Below, in pieces: positions 59,456 to 64,000 of a stretch of DNA of 64,000 bases (positions are counted from its first letter, which is position 1; each line of letters starts with the position of its first letter). The stretch is taken from the NCBI GenBank assembly GCA_002269645.1, contig NIVC01003292.1, forward strand, positions 1 through 64,000, given 5' to 3'. The stretch comes from Macrostomum lignano. Its lineage: Eukaryota. The translations under genes and the position numbers were made by a program. Below the pieces are notes generated by a model. The model did no database searches. It was not told the DNA's origin and was given only the letters and a program-made list of their open reading frames with translations.

Positions 59456-61137
59456 GTCTCTATCTTATAGAAAAGCACGTGAGATGATGTTTGGAAGAAG
59501 AGTTTTCGAGCATAAATTGAAAACCTGGCGCCCTACTTCAAGTACGAGCGTAACAGTATGGGAATTTGAATGCCCATATTTGGGGTAATTATACGAATTT
59601 AGAGTGGGGAATAACGTTAATTATTTTAGTCTGTGTCTGAACTTCACCCGCCCATCTCAAAAGCGATCATATCACTTTAACAAAGCTCTATCTATATAAC
59701 GAAACCTGAAAATATCTATTAAAATTATAAAAAAACTTGAACGAAAAACAACTGAGCTATTATCAACGGAGAAGTGTGTCGTATATTTAACCTATTTTGT
59801 GAAACTGAGCAATTTGTTTGTTTGTTAGATTTCAAGACTTTACCATTACGAGCTATATATGTAAGTAAAAATGTTAATTAAACTTATTTCTGTTCTTCAA
59901 ACATTATAAGTATCCTTACGGTTTCTAAACATTAAAGCGAGGGGCCATTGTACGTAAGGGATGGCGTGTACTATTAAAAAAATTTTGTTGGGGAACGTGC
60001 TAGCTAGAATTGGGATCAGCGGCATTAAATCAGTGCCCCTCTCCAAACTTCGTAAACCTCTATCTATATGAAACATCTATTAGTATTAGGCATATGTGAA
60101 AAAGGCATTCATTTGAAGAAAAGAAAGCACTTTTATTTAATTTATGTATTTAGTACGTGGTTTATATTGTAGCTTATAATATCGGAATGGTCAATAAGTT
60201 GACATTCTAGATACATTAAGGTATATATTGTACATTCAAACAACAGCCAAGATTGTAGGGTAAAAAACTGCTGGGCTGAATTCTGGTTCAGAATCAGCAT
60301 CAGCACTGGTCCTAACCCCCTCTGAAAATCCGGTTTTGGGTTGGTTTTTCTGTACGCAATCATCCTTTCCGTGCTATTTTTAGATTTGTGACTCCGCTAT
60401 AATAATGTACAGGAGCTAAATGCACATTAAAGGGACTGTACATCTGATTCTATGTTCAATTTCCTAAGTCCAACTTCCTTTAAGTCTTCAGCCCCAGCTC
60501 CCCACACCCCTTTTTACAGACTTTCCACAACCCCGTGTTTAGGGTTTCTGCCGGGGCAGCCCCCACACCCCCGGTCGGTCAGTGCACGCACTGTCTGCAT
60601 GATAGGAACGTCCCCAGAGCCCTCCCCCCGCCCACGAAACAAACAGTTCATTCTGTCCCTCCGACAACCACTATCTTTCCTCTCTGCCCTTTCTCTCCTC
60701 CCTTGACTAGAATGTACACAAGTCTGTAGGCAAGGGGCAGGAATGGAGATTTCCAGGCCCATAATGCACACGATTCCTTCGACACCCCGCCCCCATATAA
60801 TACACAAACGTTCTCCAGTCTTTTTACCAGTTCTAACAACTGCGCCGAAAAATTTCTTTCCTTTTCAAAAAACCAAACACGTGATTACGCCGAATTTTTC
60901 TATTCTCAAATGAGCATTCAAAACTAGGCACCCTGCTCTTTGACCGAACTGTAACGTATATAACCCTAGCCTGTCTACACACCGCTTGCAGCTCCTGTCG
61001 ATTTGCTGTAAAAGACTATTCCTATAATTGAAGCGAACAAGAAGGAACGTGTCTATAAGGTCCCTGTTTAAATACCTGACGATCTGGGTTCTACTTAGTG
61101 TAAACTGCACTTTTCTAACAAAAAAGTAAAGTAAGAA

Positions 61138-63485
61138 ATGTCGTCCCAGGAGCTTCAGAAAGTTCAGGAACGACGCCCGTTCCACGACTACCCGAGTCGT
61201 CAAGGTCTATACGACCCCAGCCTGGAGAAGGATGCCTGTGGTGTTGGTTTTGTTGTCCAGATCAAAGGCGTGCCGTCCAAGCAGGTGAGCTGCAATTGCG
61301 TCAAATCTTAACTTTTGTTTATATTTCACCACAATAAAAAAATAATCTCGTTTAACCGATCTGCCTGTACAAACAGATCCTGAAGGCCGCTCGCACCATG
61401 CTCCTACGAATGGAGCACCGAGGCGCCTGCGGCAGCGACAACTCGGGCGACGGAGCCGGCGTGTTGACCGGCATCCCGCACGAACTATACGCCGAATCTA
61501 TGAGGTGAGGAACTGATCCGAGTCCAGGTCTCAGGGGAAGGAGAGAGGAGGGAGAACGAGGGAGATTAGGAAAAAAGGAGAGATAGAGTATGAGACGGAG
61601 AGGGGGAGAAAGAGAGGAAGAGAGGGAGAGAGATGGGGTAGACAATAGAGAATAGTATAAGAGTTAGAATTTTATTAATCTACTTACAGTTACACTTACA
61701 GAAGACAAGGCACTTTGAATAGAATGTACTAATGCCTAATAGCCTATGCTATAGGTTGATGCATAGTGGAAAAAGCGGTCTATAATTGTTCTCATTAAAA
61801 CATTAATTGTTACACGCGCTGACCCAGTCGTGCGCGCAGCCAGCCACCCAGTTAAATTATATTTTTCCCAAAACCAGGTTTAAGGTTAATTTTGTCCGAA
61901 TTAGTTGCTTATCTTATCAGTCCTTCCTCTCGCTTACTTGAGCTAAGAAGCTGAAATTCTAGATTTAACTGGTTTGTGTTATCTATTTATATCTCGGTTC
62001 AGGCCGGCCAGATAGCTTTGTGTGATTCAAAACAATTTTTTTATTATATATAGGTATACGTCTCAAAACAACCTGAACTATGCCGATTAGATAGGCCCGA
62101 GTTTATTAATTTCCAACTGTTCTATATTTTCTAAATGTTCTATCTGAACATAAACTTGGGGAACATTTTTCGAATCGGCCTTCTAACGAGTAGTAAAAAT
62201 CTTAGTTAATGGTGTCGTTTCCATTTTCGTATTGTGCGTATTTAGATTTCACCTTGAGGCTTATTGCCTTTATAAGAATCTTCCCAATCGCTAAAAATAT
62301 CCCAAGTCCCCTAGAAATACTCCCATTCTCTAAAATCTCATAATTTCTTCAGAAGTCTCCCAATACGCTTTGAACTGTTCCAATGCCCTTAGAAATCTCC
62401 TAATGCCCTTCAAAATCTCCCAATGCCTTTAGAGATCTCCCAATTCCCTTAGAGATCTCCCAATTCCCTTAGAAATCTCCCAATTCCATTAGATATCTCC
62501 CAATTCGCTTAGAAATTTCCCAATTCCCCTCAGGAATCTCTTAATTCCCTTAGAAATCTCCCAATGCCCTTAGAAATTTCCCAATTCCCTTAGAAATCTC
62601 CCAATTCCCTTAGAGATCTCCCAGTTCCCTTAGAAATCTCCCAATTCCCTTAGAGATCTCCCAGTTCCCTTAGAGATCTCCCAATTCCCTTAGAAATCTC
62701 CCAATTCCATTAGATATCTCCCAATTCGCTTAGAAATTTCCCAATTCCCCTCAGGAATCTCTTAATTCCCTTAGAAATCTCCCAATGCCCTTAGAAATTT
62801 CCCAATTCCCTTAGAAATCTCCCAATTCCCTTAGAGATCTCCCAGTTCCCTTAGAAATCTCTTAATTCCCTTAGAAATCTCCCAATGCCCTTAGAAATTT
62901 CCCAATTCCCTTAGAAATCTCCCAATTCCCTTAGAGATCTCCCAGTTCCCTTAGAAATCTCTCAATGCCCTTAGAAATCTCCCAATGCCCTTAGAAATCT
63001 CCCAAAGCCCCAAGATTCTCATAATTCACTAAGAATTTACCTATTTTCTAAGAATCTAAGGTCAAGGATACTTTGCTAAAAGATCTTCACAGTCTTTTAA
63101 TAATTACAAAAATGCATAAATTGAGTTGACAATTGCTCTCCAGCAAGCAGGGAGTGACGCTGCCCCAGCCGGGGCGCTATGCCACCGGAATCCTGTTCCT
63201 CGAGAACGGTCTTGGCGAGCAAATCACCCAAATGAAATCGATGTTTGTCAGCCTAGTTGCCGAGTGCGGCTTGAACTTTCTTGGCTGGCGCGAGGTTGAG
63301 AAAGATGCCTCGTATCTGGGGCAGGTTGCCCGAGCTTCGGAGCCCATCATTGTGCAGGTTTGTTAATTTTTTAGTTACAAATTTTAGATTTCAGTCATCA
63401 CGTTAAACTATTAATCTAATTATTTTTCCAGGTGTTTGTTTCCGACCAAAATGAGAATTTTAAACAGACTGACTTTGATAAAAAG
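61138..63485 (+). CDS. GLT1: NADH-dependent glutamate synthase (GOGAT), 5' part; continues beyond the window. Exons 61138-61284, 61377-61504, 63144-63357, 63432-63485
   Basis: [14 protein letters not shown] (propeptide followed by the Ntn catalytic Cys), [54 protein letters not shown]; phase-consistent GT-AG introns. Confidence 0.95.
62335..63012. repeat. 20-bp intronic minisatellite (agaaatctcccaattccctt), about 33 copies
   Basis: Direct inspection. Confidence 0.97.
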
Positions 63486-63584
63486 GTGAGCCTTTTTGAT
63501 TGCTTTTTATGAGCGTATTGCAGTTTGAGATAGTGGGAGAGTTGGACAATATAAGAGACTGAGGGCGAATGAAGAGAGATGGAA

Positions 63585-64000
63585 AGGAGAGAGACAGGGG
63601 AGAGAGGAACAGGGCCCAGGGGAGAGGAACAGGGGAGAGAGGGACAGGGGAGAGAGGGACAGGGGAGAGAGGAACAGGGTAGAGAGGGACAGGGGAGAGA
63701 GGAACAGGGCCCAGGGGAGAGGAACAGGGGAGAGAGGGACAGGGGAGAGAGGAACAGGGAAGAGAGGGACAGGGGAGAGAGGAACAGGGCCCAGGGGGGA
63801 GAGGAACAGGGGAGAGAGGGACAGGGGAGAGAGGAACAGGGGAGAGAGGGAGAGGGGAGAGAGAAACAGGGGAGAGAGGGAAAGGGGAGAGAGAAACAGG
63901 GGAGAGGGAGAGGGGAGAGAGAAACAGGGGAGAGAGGGAGAGGGGAGAGAGAAACAGGGGAGAGAGGGAGAGGGGAGAGAGAAACAGGGGAGAGAGGGAG
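63585..64000. repeat. Polypurine repeat, about 15-bp unit (ggggagagaggaaca), in a GOGAT intron
   Basis: Direct inspection; runs to the window end. Confidence 0.95.

Noticed and set aside
60285-60366. C/D box snoRNA-like motifs on the minus strand (ATGATT...CTGA)
   Set aside because: Box C is imperfect, the terminal stem is weak, and no rRNA complement is recognisable.
61138-63485. Bacterial contamination or recent HGT for glutamate synthase
   Set aside because: Spliceosomal introns with host-type minisatellites; the enzyme is known from invertebrates.

Overview
Eukaryotic (animal) genomic DNA with GT-AG introns. The GC-rich, poly-Q/poly-A exons and minisatellite-filled introns resemble a free-living flatworm such as Macrostomum (inference only). 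Eight genes were reconstructed by hand with phase-consistent splice sites: a kinesin-6 (KIF20-like) on the minus strand; a secreted PAN + ALK/LTK-type glycine-rich protein; a tight same-strand trio LSm2 - PPP1R11 - RPB8 (candidate trans-spliced operon); a FERM-PTP of the PTPN14/21 (Pez) family whose catalytic loops look inactivated; a secreted WSC + PAN protein; and the 5' end of NADH glutamate synthase. An inverted, chimeric partial duplicate of the kinesin 3' half is fused behind a copy of the glycine-rich gene end. Mobile DNA includes two decayed mariners (one inside a foldback element, one split by a 2 kb insertion), several foldback/MITE elements, an EnSpm-like transposon, an RTE-type LINE fragment and two copies of a tRNA-derived SINE. 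The most striking pattern is that almost every intron of the large genes is filled by its own private tandem repeat, many sharing an ATCCC/ATTCCC-type core, while exons stay clean. No CRISPR array, rRNA or bona fide tRNA was found. Identities and copy numbers are estimates by eye; no database searches were run.
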